NCBI GenBank assembly: GCA_907165135.1
Contig: OU015566.1
Coordinates: forward strand, 4,960,001 to 5,024,000
Length of the DNA stretch: 64,000 nucleotides
Origin: Oikopleura dioica
Lineage: Eukaryota; Animalia; Chordata
Direction: 5' to 3'
The position numbers were made by a program, and so were the translations under genes. Shown piece by piece: positions 26,344 to 39,701 of the stretch. Below the pieces are notes generated by a model. That model worked only from the letters and a program-made list of their open reading frames with translations, did not search any database and was not told the DNA's origin. Position 1 is the stretch's first letter. Each line of letters begins with the position of its first letter.

Positions 26344-26612
26344 CGCGGCGAGTTTTTCTCTTTCTCCCTCTGAGCGGCGCGAGGATTTCGCAAATAAAAA
26401 AATTGTTCAACAAATATCAAAACGTGTACTAGAATAAACGAAAGCAAAGTCTTCTGAGTCAAAGGTCATAATGTCAGCGAGCCAATGAAAAAATATTATT
26501 AACGAAAATATTTTCATCTCGCTGCGAAATCAACAATGAGTAAATGACTCAAAAAATGAAGAGCTTTTTAGATACTCGTTTTTATAATTAATATTTTCTC
26601 TAATTTTTTTAT

Positions 26613-28799
26613 TTAGGGAGAAGTGAAATTTTTCTTCCGACTTCGGCAAAATCCAAAACAGCATTTTCTTTTCTTTTTCGTCAAATTTTCAATTTCATTC
26701 TGAACAGCAAATGTCATCAATCAATTCGGTCGTAAACCCTGTGAAGAAAACCTTAGTCAGGGTTCTAAAAACAGGCTTTCAGAACCCTGACTCAGGTTTT
26801 TTACACAGGGTTTTCATCCCCAAATCAACAATAACCAAGCAAAACTCACCCGAAGAAACTGATTCTCCCCTCTCAAAAAGTCCAGCTCCGATCTGAGTTG
26901 AATTAAACTCGAGCTGGAAATTCCGCCTTTATCTCGTTTCATCTTTTCGAGCTCCTCAGCAAGCAGCTCGTCAAAGTTCTGCTCAAGTTTCTTTTTCAAC
27001 GCTTCAGATTTTCGGAGCTCTTGGGCGAGGCGCTCTTCGTAATCTTGAGTCAAAAGCTCGATTTCGCGCATTTTTGCCTCTAGAATCGCTTCTAGCTCTG
27101 TTTGGCTCAAATTTGATGGTCGTCGGGACTTTTTCATAGCGCTCTAGAATCAGAATTAGTTTTCAATTTTTCCAGATATTGAGCCTTTAGTCGAGTTATT
27201 TCTTCTTCCAGCTCTTTGATGATCTTTGCCGCCGATTCTTCATTGACAATCGGCTCAGTCGCAAGCTCTTTCATTCGATTTGCATATTTCAGCGTGCTCA
27301 AAGTTTCCTGAAAATTCTCCTCGTCCGCGGAAATCGTCGCGATCATAATTGTCTAAGAAAAAATCAAAGAAGATTTCTCAACTTCTCAATTTCTACCTTC
27401 GAATTTCCAACAAGCGAGCGCTTCAACAACTGAGTCATCACCGATCCCCGGAAAATATGCGAAGGAGTTGGATGGCCAGGCGAATTTCTCAAATCGACCA
27501 GCGCTAGAAACCTATTTTTCCCTTTTCTTTCTCACTTTTCAAACCTTTGATGCACTCCCCAAGCTTCATCAGCGATAAATTGATGCTCACTCCTTCCTTG
27601 AATCTGTTTCCTTTCATTTCTGCTTGCCCAACTCTCTCCGATCCGGCGAGATCGACGAGGACAATTTCCGATCGCTTCACGCGGGTACCCTCGTTTTCCT
27701 TGATTTTTTGAACGAAGCGGATTTTGAAAATCGTGTGCGCTCTTGATGATTTCTCATTTTTATTTGTTGAGGCAATTGATCGTCCCTTTGCTCCTTAATT
27801 CAATTATGAGCTGGGTTATCTGTGAAGAAAACCTGAGTCAGGGTCTAAAAAATCTAAAATAAAAAGCCGCATAGCGGCTTTCTTAAAAAAAAGCCGCTTT
27901 GCGGCTTCAATTTGAAAAAAAGCAGCTACGCCGCGCTTCATTTAACGTCTATCAGACCCTAACTTAGGTTTTCTTCACGAATTTTCGAGCCAAAATTTAA
28001 TTCCTTTAGCATTTTTCTTTCATACCTTCCGCCGCCACCTGTTCAACCTCTTCTCTACTATGAACCACGACTGTGGTCAAATTCAAGACCTTGAAATATT
28101 CGCCAACTTCTCGAACCTTCGCGAAGCCCCCATTTTTCGAGCCGAGAAGATCCCTCACTTTTTCATTGTAAATTTCGAGCATCGAAACTTCCACGTGATA
28201 ATCATTCGTCGGAAATTTCGATCTCAGCGAAGAGATCTTCTCAAACAGCGCGATTAAAAGCCGAGGCACGATGCCGGGTTCTTCGTTGTCTCCAAAAACG
28301 GTGAAGGTCTTTCCGGAGCCAGTTTGGCCGTAGGTAAGAAGTGTTGAGTTGAAACCGGCGAGGGTGTTTTCGAGGATGTTTTGGCCGATGTCGGCGAAGA
28401 TGGTTTCTTGGTCATCTTGTGGGTTGAAGACTTTGTCGAATTTGAAGGAACGGGATTGATGACTTTCCGCGTAAATCGAGTTATTTTGGATCTTTTGATT
28501 GGCTTATTCAAAAATTTTTATTTAATAGAGGAGTCGGGAGCTAGAATCCACAAAAATGCAACAAGAAATACCTTCATTTTTGCGAAAATGATTTAATGAA
28601 ATCCGATTGGCCCATTTGCCGAATGCAGGCCTCTGATTCGCCTTTGAAGGACCAAAATTTTGGTCAAAAATGTCGGATTTCTTGTCAATTTTAACTTCCA
28701 AAAAGAGTCAGTAAAGCCAATTTCCTGTAAAACCGGTCTATCGCCATCGATTCCCAAACTCGGTCTCACCCGAATCCCAACTTGAATTCTCTCTCCCAT
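26613..28799 (-). CDS. Kinesin motor protein (kinesin-3-like) with short coiled-coil tail
   Basis: IQVGIRVRP, YGQTGSGKT, LEIYNE, SSRAH, DLAGSE, ETLSTLKYA motifs across exons. Confidence 0.93.
27820..27980. mobile_element. AAAACCTGAGTCAGGG-family MITE in a kinesin intron
   Basis: Same TIR and AAGCCGC core as the other copies. Confidence 0.7.
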
Positions 28800-29028
28800 C
28801 TCTTCTATCTTCAACGCGCTAGAAACGACCCATTCTACGGCTGGATAGAAGCTGTGAGAAATTTGCGTGTAACGAATTCTGTGAATTCAATTCCAAAGGA
28901 TCGAGATTTGCAACAATCATTTCCTTTGTCTTTTTTTCTATTTCCACTGCTTGACAACACCCTGGTCGCCGCACCCCAACGCCACGGGAGGCGAGCGATT
29001 CTAGAGCCATTTTTGGCTGTCCACGGCA

Positions 29029-29191
29029 ACCTTTGCTGAAACCTGAGTCAGGGTCTGTCAGATCCCAAACGAAAAGCCGTGTAGCGGCTTTTTTAGATTC
29101 GAAGCCGCGAAGCGGCTTCAAAAATTATTTTTCTTATCAATTTTTTTCGAAAAGCGACTAAAGCCACTTCCTGACTCAGGTTTTTGCACAG
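29029..29191. mobile_element. AAAACCTGAGTCAGGG-family MITE
   Basis: CCTGAGTCAGG...CCTGACTCAGG arms. Confidence 0.65.
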
Positions 29192-29529
29192 TTAAAAATT
29201 TATTTTAACATTCAAGAAAAAAACCTTTTTCGGGTCTTTTTATTTCGAGAAAGGTGACAATCAGGCCTGGCCCTCGATCTGTGCCAAGTTTAATCCCTCT
29301 TGCCACATATCTTTCAAAAGCTGAGATAAACTTTCTGACTCAACTGAGAAACTACCCTTATGAAATATGAAATTACTGTTTATTGAACGTCCAAACAGAT
29401 CAAACGACGTCACATTTGCAAAACGTCGAATAATGAGAGCAATTCAAATAGTGGCTGTGGCTTTTTACCGGCTGCCAAATCGAATTATTCTTTTTTTTTC
29501 AAATCGATCATTTCTAGAATCGCCAAAAA

Positions 29530-30346
29530 ATGGGCACTGAAGAGGGAAAAGCACGACGAGCCGCGGCTAGAGAAAAGTACGGACCACAGCTGAAGGAGTC
29601 CTTCAAGGCGCTGGACAAAGATGGAAGCGGTTTCGCTTCCGTCGAAGAAATGACCAAGCATATGGTCGAAAAGGGGATGATCAAGCCGGGAGCGCGAGAA
29701 GCTGATTTTGTCAAATCTTTGGTGAGATTTTTTAATAATATTTTTGTGGGAATAAAAAACAATTTTGGGGAACAAAAATAAATTTGAGAAAAAAAAACCA
29801 TAAGTAAAATTTACAAATTATCGGAAAACATTTTAAAAACAACGAGCGTGTTGAAAATTATAATCATTAAAAATCTCTTTCTTTAGTCATCTGATCAAGT
29901 GATTTGGTAAAGAAACTTATCATCGATTTAAGAATCATTACCTGTCAAAAATGAACTACGGCAAAACCAAGCCCGGGGAGCTGAATGAAGAAGAATTCGT
30001 CAAGTTCTGGGCCGATTTGTACGCTCTTTTTGACAAAATCGACAAGGACGGAGGTAATTCTTTCTTCGCAAATATAAAACTAGCGGAGTTTTCTTGAAGA
30101 TGGTGCGATCGAAATCGTCGAATGCGTCGAGCTCCTTGACGAGCGAGCGGACAAGTTTGGAATTTCCAAGGCTGATCTTTACAAGGTAAGCAAAACCAAA
30201 CAAAAATTGATAAAACCGTGTTTTCCAAGCGCGTGGTTAATTTCTACAACAAAGCAGATGCCGATGGCGACCGAAAAATCTCAATCATCGAGTTTTTCCT
30301 CCGACTTCCCGAGCTCGAGGAGGCGCTCATGAACGCGAAGCTCTAA
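29530..30346 (+). CDS. Four-EF-hand calcium-binding protein
   Basis: EF loops DKDGSGFASVEE, DKDG/DGAIEIVE, DADGDRKISIIE; stop TAA at 30344-30346. Confidence 0.88.
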
Positions 30347-30817
30347 GCAAATGCAATACTTTTCCCAATTCTGACAATTGAATAAATAAGAAATGTTAAA
30401 AAACTGTTTTCATTGACATTTTCGAAAGTTTGTTTTTCTTTGAATCAATATTTTTCTGTTTTATTTTTCGAGAGCTCGATTATTTTGGTCATTTTGTATT
30501 TTGATGACTATGCAAAAAAAGTCATCAAAAGTCAGCTTCAGACTTTTTTTCTCGGAAAAAATTTCTTTTCCGTCACAAACAAAAATTCTAATAAAAAATG
30601 GTATAAAACGAAAAAAAAGCATAACAAAAACATCATAAAACAATAATTTCTTCGATCACGTGACGATCAGGTCAGGTCGCAAGAAGTGGCATCATGAGTT
30701 CTGATGTCTCAAATAAAAGCGACTCTTTAAGGAAAATCAGTCCATACATCAAACTTATTACTTGCGAAATTCAAAGAATTCTCGCAAAAATCACAAACCG
30801 AAAACAAAGAGCTTTTG

Positions 30818-31558
30818 ATGGGGAACGCGGCGAGCTTTTTTAGTTACGAAGACCCGACTTATCAAAACTATCAAGAAAACAAAAGTAAGTAATGAAAAAG
30901 AGCTAGATTGATGAGGAAAAAGAGGCAACCTGTGTTGAAAACCTGAGTCAGGTTCTGAAAATACTAGATGAAAATCTGCGCAGCGGCTTTTCCTTATTCA
31001 AAGCCGCGGAGCGGCTTCGGAAGATGTTAAAAATGAATTTCATTGGAAATTTCGCGAAGCTACTACGCCGCTTTTTATTTAGCGTTTTTAAAAATCTGAC
31101 TCAGGTTTTGATGCAAGGTAGGGAAGCCAGTTCGCCTTTTTTGAAGATTTTTGGAAAAAAATAATTCTCAAAGAATTTTTTTTTATTATCGCTTTTCAGA
31201 TGGAGTCAGCTACAACTACTGGATCAGCGAGCCCTCAGACGTCCCACCCGCGCGAATCACCACGATCAAAGGAAAACCTTCCCGCCGCTATCTCCGCCAC
31301 TTCCAGTTGGTCGATCAGCGCCGCGAAGAGCAGCTCAGACGAAAGTCGCAAAAAGCCAGACATCACAATACAAGACACGTGGGCGATGTCCTCTCGCAAA
31401 AAGAATTTCTGCGACTTGGCGAAATCGACTTGACGGCTTTTCTCGAACGCGCCCCGGCGAAATACAATCTTCGCTCCAAAAAACGAAATCGAAGACGAAC
31501 TGCTTTTACCAAAGCCAGACCTCTGCAACACGATTATTTTGATGAATATGCTTATTGA
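30818..31558 (+). CDS. Uncharacterised basic protein with putative N-myristoylation site
   Basis: Exon 1 MGNAASFFSYED with GTAAGT donor; exon 2 from ~31200 open to the stop. Confidence 0.6.
30927..31118. mobile_element. AAAACCTGAGTCAGG-family MITE in an intron
   Basis: TIRs plus AAGCCGCGGAGCGGCTT core. Confidence 0.7.
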
Positions 31559-33262
31559 ATGCTCAAATAAATATAGTTACGCTGGTTCTTTAGATTAAGA
31601 ATTCTCAAAGAAAAGCATAGACAAGACAACCTCTGTTGAAAACCTGAGTATGGGCAAAAAAGATTTTGATCAAAAAGGCGCGATGAGATCTTTCAGACCC
31701 TGAGTCAGGTTTTTTTCCGAAAATCTGACCCTGTATTCTACTCAGGAAATCACGCAAGCCTAAAATGAGGTCTTTACACTAGATTCAGGATTTTCGCACT
31801 CAGGTCAGACTTTGGAAGCCTGAGTAAGGCTCTGGTTTTTTTTATAGAAGGTTATAAGTATAACTAAGGCCTCGCATGAGAATTCGCATGACACAATTCA
31901 AAGATTTTTTCTGTTCCGTTCGCTTATTATCACACTTCGAAAACACCGATTAAAAAATTTGAAAAAAAATTAAGGTTTTTCCAAAATAAAAATTTGTGAT
32001 CAATTTTCATAATTTAATCTTGATAAGAGAAAGCAAAGAAAGATCGGAAAATCAAGAGAATGATTCTGTCGCTCGTCGAGTTGGTTTTTTCTAAAGAGAA
32101 TTCTAATTGCATTCTTGAATTTTTTCCATTTCCGGTCCAATTTGTTCATGTTCCAAGGCCAAGAGTGGGGATCAATTAATGTCGAATGATTTCATAGTCA
32201 AAGTTGCTGTAATGATAATTGCTGATGATTCAAGAGCGGAAAATTCGCCAATTTTTTCATACTGACACGTCTTGAACCCTTTTCCTTGAATCAACCTTTA
32301 TTCAATTCGAAAAGAAATTTTGAAAAATATTTTTTTCGAGACAAAAGCGGCTCAAAAAGGCGTCAAGGATCATCTCAAAAAGTACAATGATAACTGACAT
32401 CAGTAAATATTTGAAAGAAGCTTAGCGACCACACATTTTTCTGAAGCGACAGACTCCGGCTCTTACTGTCAGATAGAAAAAATGAGCTCGGAAACGAAAA
32501 AAGCTAGGACGAGGAGAAAAACTGTGAGTTTTTCGAAAGACACGAAGAATGAAGATGACGATGAATACAAAAATGTTGTGAGTAAAAACAAATGACGTCA
32601 ATTTGAAAGAAAAAGCTTATAAAAGCCAAAATTTTCAAAGGATTTTGAAAAAAGAGAATGGGGATCGATTTCGAGAGGTTAATCGAGGTCAATAATTTTA
32701 ACCCATGTCTGCTTTTGGCCAAAAATTTGTCAAAAAAACTCGCTTTTTTCCCAAAATTTTTTTATCCGACGATGTTTTTGAAATTTATCCACCGGTCGAA
32801 ACCGGAAATCTGATTGGTCGAGAATTTGACCAAATTTTTGGTCAAAAATAAACATTTTTAAAGAACCTGAAAAACGACGCCATCGATGAATTCTCCTACT
32901 CCGCCCTTCCAAAACGACTCAACGAGCTCGGAGCTGATTTCGGAACTCGCCGGACGATTTCAGAATGCACTGCGGAGAAAGAAGAAGAAGACGAGGACGA
33001 TTTTTCGCTGAATAGAATTTTGAGGTTAGAGTCTAACCGTTAGACTGACTCTTCGCCCCGCGATACCGGCCGCGCGAAGGTCGGTATTTGAGCAGCTTTG
33101 GGGCATCGTTATCTTTCTCAGAAAACCATAAAATGTCTGAGAAGCGATTGATTTATCGAATTTTGATGATTTCAAAAATTATGGGGAAATTGAGAAATAT
33201 CAAATTTTAGCACAAAAACGCTTGCTCCAAGCAAGTCTTTCCAAGACGCTTTGTTAGCAATC

Positions 33263-33670
33263 ATGGCTGAAAATCCCGAATCGCCGAAGAAATTCGACGA
33301 AATCGAATGGGACGAATACGGCTCCGGTTTAATTCAGGTCCGTTTTTTTTTCGACGAAAAAATGAATAAACCGGGAAAGAGGCGAAAAAAGAGCCGACAA
33401 GCTTTTTGGTGAAAAATCGGAGGACGAGTGTAGGTCCGGTTTGAGAAGGAGAAATGCACTTTTTATGAAAATTTTCTTTCATTTCGATTGAAATTGATTC
33501 ACCAACCGTTTTTAAAGATGATAATGTAATTGGACTACGATTAGGGCCGAGAAGAAGAAGGGGTGGAATTATCAGCGAGGAAAGCCAAAAAGGTATGAAA
33601 AAAAGTTTTTTTGAAAAAATATTTTTCAGCCTTTGCGTCGATAAAAGAAAGCCAACCTTTAGAAAAATAA
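33263..33670 (+). CDS. Small uncharacterised multi-exon gene; 3' end unresolved
   Basis: MAENPESPKKFDEIEWDEYGSGLIQ followed by a GT donor and further short exons. Confidence 0.35.
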
Positions 33671-34899
33671 TCACTGTTCATGATGATTAATAAAATATAT
33701 TTTTGATAAATTCTGAATTGATTGATTCTTGAAAATATTTTCAGCCAAACTTTAATTAAGGCGAAGCTTCTTTGAGTGAATATTTTTGTCTTCTCTTTGC
33801 CAAAATTATTGTTAATTTAACAAAAAGAGCGCCTTTTTTCCCAATAAAATCGAAGCACCATAAAGGCTTGTTCAAGTTTATCGGCTACTTTAAAGAAAGA
33901 TTCAAATTATTTTCGGAAAATATAAGACTAGCATCTAAAGTTATGACCGTTAAGCTATATCTTTAATTATTTTAAATAACTATTTTTTATGACGGAGCAA
34001 CTCAGACGGTTCATTGCAGCTCTATCAGAACCCTTCTCAGGTTTCTTTTTTATAGCAGGATTTCAATTGAAAAAAAAACAAAAAAAAATTACTTGAGATA
34101 TCTCTACGCGAAACGGAATTCTGATGGCCTCAATATCGGTTCAAAACTTGCTGATCGTGCATTGTCCGAAGCTACGTAAGGGTAGACCGCCGACTGTTAT
34201 TACATTTGAAATTGAATTTCGTCTTCCCACGGCTAGTTATGTTAATGGGGATCACTTCAGCAAGTATCGTTGCGAAATGGATTTTACGCCGCTCAAGTTT
34301 GACAAGTTGACAAGCACGATTAAAGATATTCAGGAATCTTAGATCTCTGGCCCGTTCTTGACACGCCGGACTTTTACTCACGAAAATTTGTCGGAACATA
34401 AAAAAAAAAGAGAAAAAAGAGAAAAAAATTATGAAATTGAATTTTTTCACATTTTTGATTTTTCAGCAAATTGAAGCCAAAAATAAACTAGTAGAGTTCT
34501 TTTAAATTTTTTTTAAAAAAAAACGCTGTCTGCCAGACATTGTCCAGACAGTGTCTGGTAGACAGAGACCAAGAAAATACAGTAAAAACGCCAAAATAAG
34601 AACTCGTTCCAAGAAAAATCTTTTCGAGAAAAAATCCGCCTCAAATCAATTCGAGAAAAACCGATTCGAGAAGCCCAGTTCCCACGATTTCTCGAAAAGC
34701 TTCATCGTCAGCTTCGAATTTTCCCCGATTTCAAATGCTTGGACCCTTCTCTTACGCCTCGATGGAACGAGCTCACTGCTGGGCAACGATATTTGCGAAA
34801 CCAGCGCTTTAGAAACAATTGCAATGAAGAGATTTTGAGAAAGAAAAAAATCTTTGAAGATGAAGTGAAAAATTACTATTTTGATTTTTCGCCGCATTT

Positions 34900-37800
34900 G
34901 GCGAGAGGATACGCGAAAAATACGCGGAAAAGGAGAGAAGTTGGAGCTTGGCGGAAAGAGTTGGAAAGAGAAATCGAAAGATTTTTCTCAAATCAGCGGC
35001 TTTGGAGAAGAATGGGGAAGAAAAAGGAGCGAAACCGAATGTGGTTTTTATTATGGCAGATGATTTGGGGTACAAAGATGTCGGATACAATAGGTAAAAG
35101 AGCCGCTGATACACATCAAAACAATGGCAATAGTATCTTTTTTCGTTAAAAGATACCCTGAAAAAAAACCTTCGGTGTTTTAAAATTTAAACATTTGTCA
35201 TGGTTCCTTTTTTCGGTTGGATCTTATCTTTCCTCGAGTCTCGAGATGACTTTTCAAAAAAAATTAATTATTTGCGGTGTGAGTTTTGACCGCGAAAAAG
35301 AGTCTACACGGCAACGCAAAGGGTCTTCACCAGAATTTGATAATCGATTGGAAAAATAATTTTTAGAAACCATCTATAGCGAAGCGGCTTTTCCTTAGAG
35401 ATCATCCAGACCTTGACTCAGATTTTCTACTTAGGTTGCCGAGCCCAGGTCATAATCTCCAGAATACGGGCGATTGGAAAGAAATACGGGTTCGACGACA
35501 TTTTTAAACTAAAATTTTCAACTGATTTGCAGTAAACTGAAGTCAAAATTTATAGAAAAATTCTTTAAGTATCATTTTTGACTTCAAAAAAATCAACGTG
35601 AATTGTATATTTCTTATCGAAAAATAATTATCATCTTAAAAATTATACCCTCGAAATTGATATGAAATCATCACCGGTTACCTACGGTTCGTCAGGAAAA
35701 CTACGGTTCGTCAGGAAGGTATTTTTTTTTCCTGACGAACCGTAGTTGAGAGGATATTGTTCTAGAAACTCGATTGTTAACCAAGTTTGAGAGATGATAT
35801 GCGGTCACGAGGAGACTTTTCTCCTTGTTCGTTCATTTCTGAAATGTATCGTGGTACGTGGAGACTTCTTTTAACACATTTTTCCGTAGTTTTTGTTGAT
35901 TGATAATCTGACATATTTTCTTCAAAAGTTTCTACAAGACAGGCGCGGAGCGCATATGCACTCTTTTGTTTTCCAATACTGTTTGGTACGCAAACCGAGC
36001 GCTTCCTGATTGTTACTACTTGTTAAATTAAGGTTTGGGTTAGGGACATCGGGAAAAATGACAGAACAACGTCACCCGAGGGGGATAGGCTAGGGTTAGT
36101 TAGGGTTACTGAAGGTTACTGAAGGTAACCCTGAGTAACCCTAACCCAGACTCCGGCATTTTAGGACCTAAGGGGCGAAGCCCCGTGGTTAGAGGCAATA
36201 AGATTTAAAAAAAATTCCTGCTTTTTCTTCTTGCTGACCCATACGGGGCAAAAAACAAGATCTATGGGGCCGTTCTAGAGATGACCGAAAAATGACCTAC
36301 GGTTCGTCAGGAAGGTATTTTTTTTCCTGACGAACCGTAGCTCTGGGGCATTTCCTGACGAACCGTAGGTCACCCATCATCACAAATAAATCTGATTCTA
36401 GAAATTAATTTTCGAACAAGTTCTTCTATTATTTAAAATTTTTTTTATTTGATGATTTTTTCGAAAGCGCTTATTCTTTGTTTTTCGATTATCTTGAAGT
36501 CAAAAACGATTGAAATGAGCATTGTCTTTTTAGTTTGATTTCAAATAATCGCAGAACTGGAGTACTTTAGTCAGGGACACTGTGTACTTCGCAAAAAAAA
36601 AAAGATATGGCCCCTTTTCTCATAACAGTAAAATATTTTTTCTAGAACGGTTTTTTACGATAAACAATTTGTTTATTTAAAACAACCCTCATCTTTTTCA
36701 TCAAAGAAAAAACCATCCTTTTAGTCTTGAAGCCTTCACTCCGAACATTAACCACCTGGCAAAAAACGGCATCATCCTCGACTCCCACTACAGCCAGCCC
36801 GTCTGTTCCCCTTCACGCTCACAGTTCCTCACCGGCCGGTATTCCTTCCGATATGGAATGCAGCACAGAAATATCCTCCCCACTCAACCTCACGGAGTTC
36901 CTTTGACAGAAAAAATGCTTCCCGAGTTTTTCAAGGAATGCGGCTACTCCGCCCTCGGCGTGGGAAAGTGGCATCAAGGAATGTTCCATCAAGATTTTCT
37001 CCCGACTTCGCGCGGTTTCGACAAATTCGTCGGTTCCTACAGCGGTTCCTCTCAACACGTTACTCACGAAAAATGCTTTGACTCGCCTCAGAAAGACGCG
37101 CCCTTCTCATTTTGCGGTTATGACATGAGGGAGGCGGAAAGAATTAAGGATATTACAACGGGAAAAGATGACAACCGGGAAATTATGCGATTCGACTTGA
37201 ACGGCACGCATTCGAATAAGATTGTGACCGATGAAATCGAGAAAACGCTAGGTTCGGGTTGATTTTTAATTGACAAGATGATGAGTCATCTTTTTTTTCT
37301 TCAAAATGTCCTTGAAGAAGGGGGAGACGGCTATAAGCCAATCAAAAACCACTAGTTTTCGCAACAGCCAATCACAGGCGAGAAAAATTCCAAGGAGCCC
37401 CTGAGCCCATATTTTTTGTAACCCCTTTTCTGGACTCCTTTTGGGCCCAATTCTGACCCCAATTATCCAAATTTCAACCCAAAAAAAGCCGCAAAGAAAA
37501 ATTCCAACGAGCCTTTATTCATCTTCGCCGCCTTCCAAGCCGTCCACGGGCCCCTGACAACCGAGCCCGAAGACGAAAGAATCTACGAAAACCTTTTCGA
37601 GCGAAATCGAAACGAGACGATTTTCAAGCGCACGAAAATGCTCGCCATGGTGACTGGTCTCGACAGAGCAGTTGGCAGAATTATCGAGAGCTTTAAAAAT
37701 TCGGAAAATATGAAAACACGATTTTCGCTTTTGCGAGCGATAATGGCGGCAGTTTGACATACGCTGCCAGCAATCATCCTCTCCGGGGCGGGAAAAACGA

Positions 37801-38904
37801 CTTGTTAGAGGGAGGAGTTCGCACGGTCTCTTTCCTGCACTCTTCGTTGATTCCAGCGGGGAGAATCGGCACTCGCTATTCGAAATTATTCGACATTACC
37901 GACTGGTTTCCGACTTTACTGGAATCTGCGCAGTGCAGTTTTGACTCGAAAAATCCGAACAAATTGGACGGTAAGTCTCATTTTAAAAATTTCTTCAAGG
38001 AAGAGGATGAGGAAGAGGAGGAAGTAAGAGATGAGATCGTTCATCATCTCGACCCGCTGAAAAAATTGGACGATGAAATTGAGGACCCAAGGCCATTTGT
38101 CAAGGTGTATGGGTTTGATTATGACATCAGGAAATGGTTCAGAAGCTTTTGATTGGCTAAACGAGGGAATTGTCGCTTCTTATTAGCAAGTTTTTAAAAA
38201 TTTTACTTATAAAAAATCTCCATTGAAATTTATTTTCAGTTTAAACAGTAAACGATCCCAAAATCAGGAAAAAAATGCGGACCATAAATTGTTTAAAAAT
38301 TTTTAACCATCGAAATAATTTTTCGGGGTACTTCTGAATCAGACTTGGAATCAAAATTAGCAGTGCTTAGTCTATTACGAGTTTTCGAACCATTGAAAAA
38401 AGGATGAAAACCGCGATTCGCGTGGGCAAATACAAACTGATAACGGGAGCAGAAGCAACGAAATCGCCTCTCGAAAATCAAGCCGAGCTTGATGCTCTTT
38501 CAAAGAGTCAGTTGTTTGTCGGAAATCCTTGGCTGAAAAAGAAGCAATATCGAAAATTGGTGGTCCTTTATGATATCGAAAAGGATCCAAGGGAATTGAA
38601 TGATATTTCTGATCAGGATCCCGAAATGGTTGTTCATTTACTTTCAAGGGTAAGGGATTTTCTCGCGCCAATAAGAAGCCTGAATCTTCAATTTTCGCCG
38701 ATCAAAAATCACTTTTTTCAGCTGGTAAGGCATTTCAACTCCGCGACTGCGCCGAATTTCCCATCCTTGGACAAATCAGCTGATCCGAATTTACGAAACG
38801 GAACTTGGGGCCCTTGGATCTCAGATTTATCGAAAGTCGACTCAAAATCAATTGATTTTAGCCTTGTTTATAATTCAAATTTCTACTATCACGCCACAAA
38901 ATAA
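34900..38904 (+). CDS. Arylsulfatase (ARSB/I/J-like); start unresolved; apparent 1-nt frameshift at ~37705
   Basis: KPNVVFIMADDLG, CSPSRSQFLTGRY, GKWHQG, SDNGG, PLRGGK, LYDIEKDPRE, WGPW. Confidence 0.92.
35675..36375. mobile_element. MITE with GG(T)GAC-type termini and 8-bp TSD, nested in an older repeat inside the sulfatase intron
   Basis: TIR GGTTACCTACGGTTCGTCAGGAA / TTCCTGACGAACCGTAGGTCACC; TSD ATCATCAC at 35667-35674 and 36376-36383. Confidence 0.85.
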
Positions 38905-39069
38905 CAGCTTTGAGTCAAAGCCTTTGACGAACTTCAACTTGAATTTGAATTTTTGCATTGTTTATTTTCCGCCTGTACAAATACTTTTCTACAATAGAGA
39001 ATGCGATGAAAAATAAAATCTAAATATAAATCTAGATAAGGATAAAATTTGTTTTATTTTAAAAGATGT

Positions 39070-39701
39070 TTACAGCTTGAAAAAGTCTTCGATTGATTTT
39101 GGTGATGTTCTTCGGTCCTGAAATATATTTTGATTTTTTATTTCTTTCAAGAGCTTACGCTAGAATTTGAAAGTTCGAAGTCCCGGCGGAAGAAGGAATA
39201 AGAATATTGGCTGTGATGAGGATTTTGGAGAGGATAGTAAAAAGACGTGTTTTCACGGCTTTGGTGGTGAACTTCCATTTCGTTGCGCTGCGAGAATTTG
39301 AGAAAGCGAGAAACAGAAGCGTGGTACCTTGTAGTTGTCGAGCTCGATTTTTATTTTTTCCCTCGCTTTGTCTTTTATCTTGTCGATGTCGAGGGACTTG
39401 CACTTTCTGTTGTAGTAGGGGACGGAAAATAAATAAACATTCCTAAATGTTTTTTTTATGAATATATTTATTTTTAAAAGTTTGAATTTTTTCACGAAAA
39501 ATATAAGATAAATTTAATATTAAAATAAAACTTGATGGATAAATAATTGAAAAAAAAAATGATAATAAATCTTAATAAGGGTATCTCCTTGATAAATCTT
39601 AATCATCAATTTTCTTACTTGCACCAAGTAACTTCTTTCTTCTTTTTCTTTCCGTTCTCTTCCTTGTCTTCCTTCGTCAATTCTTCTTTCGTAATTTCCA
39701 T
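39070..39701 (-). CDS. Small protein consisting of a Phactr-like C-terminal PP1-binding domain (4 exons)
   Basis: KKEVTW (RVxF-type) ...YYNRK... IKIELDNYKRNEMEVHHQSRENTSF resembles Phactr [25 protein letters not shown]. Confidence 0.75.

Noticed and set aside
31480-31515. Homeobox suggested by RRRTAFT
   Set aside because: No following helices or WFQN motif; the ORF ends shortly afterwards.
34124-34342. COMM-domain-like ORF
   Set aside because: The resemblance is limited to hydrophobic spacing, and no supporting gene model could be built.
36035-36150. Telomeric TTAGGG-like motifs
   Set aside because: Only a few scattered units forming a small palindrome inside a MITE.
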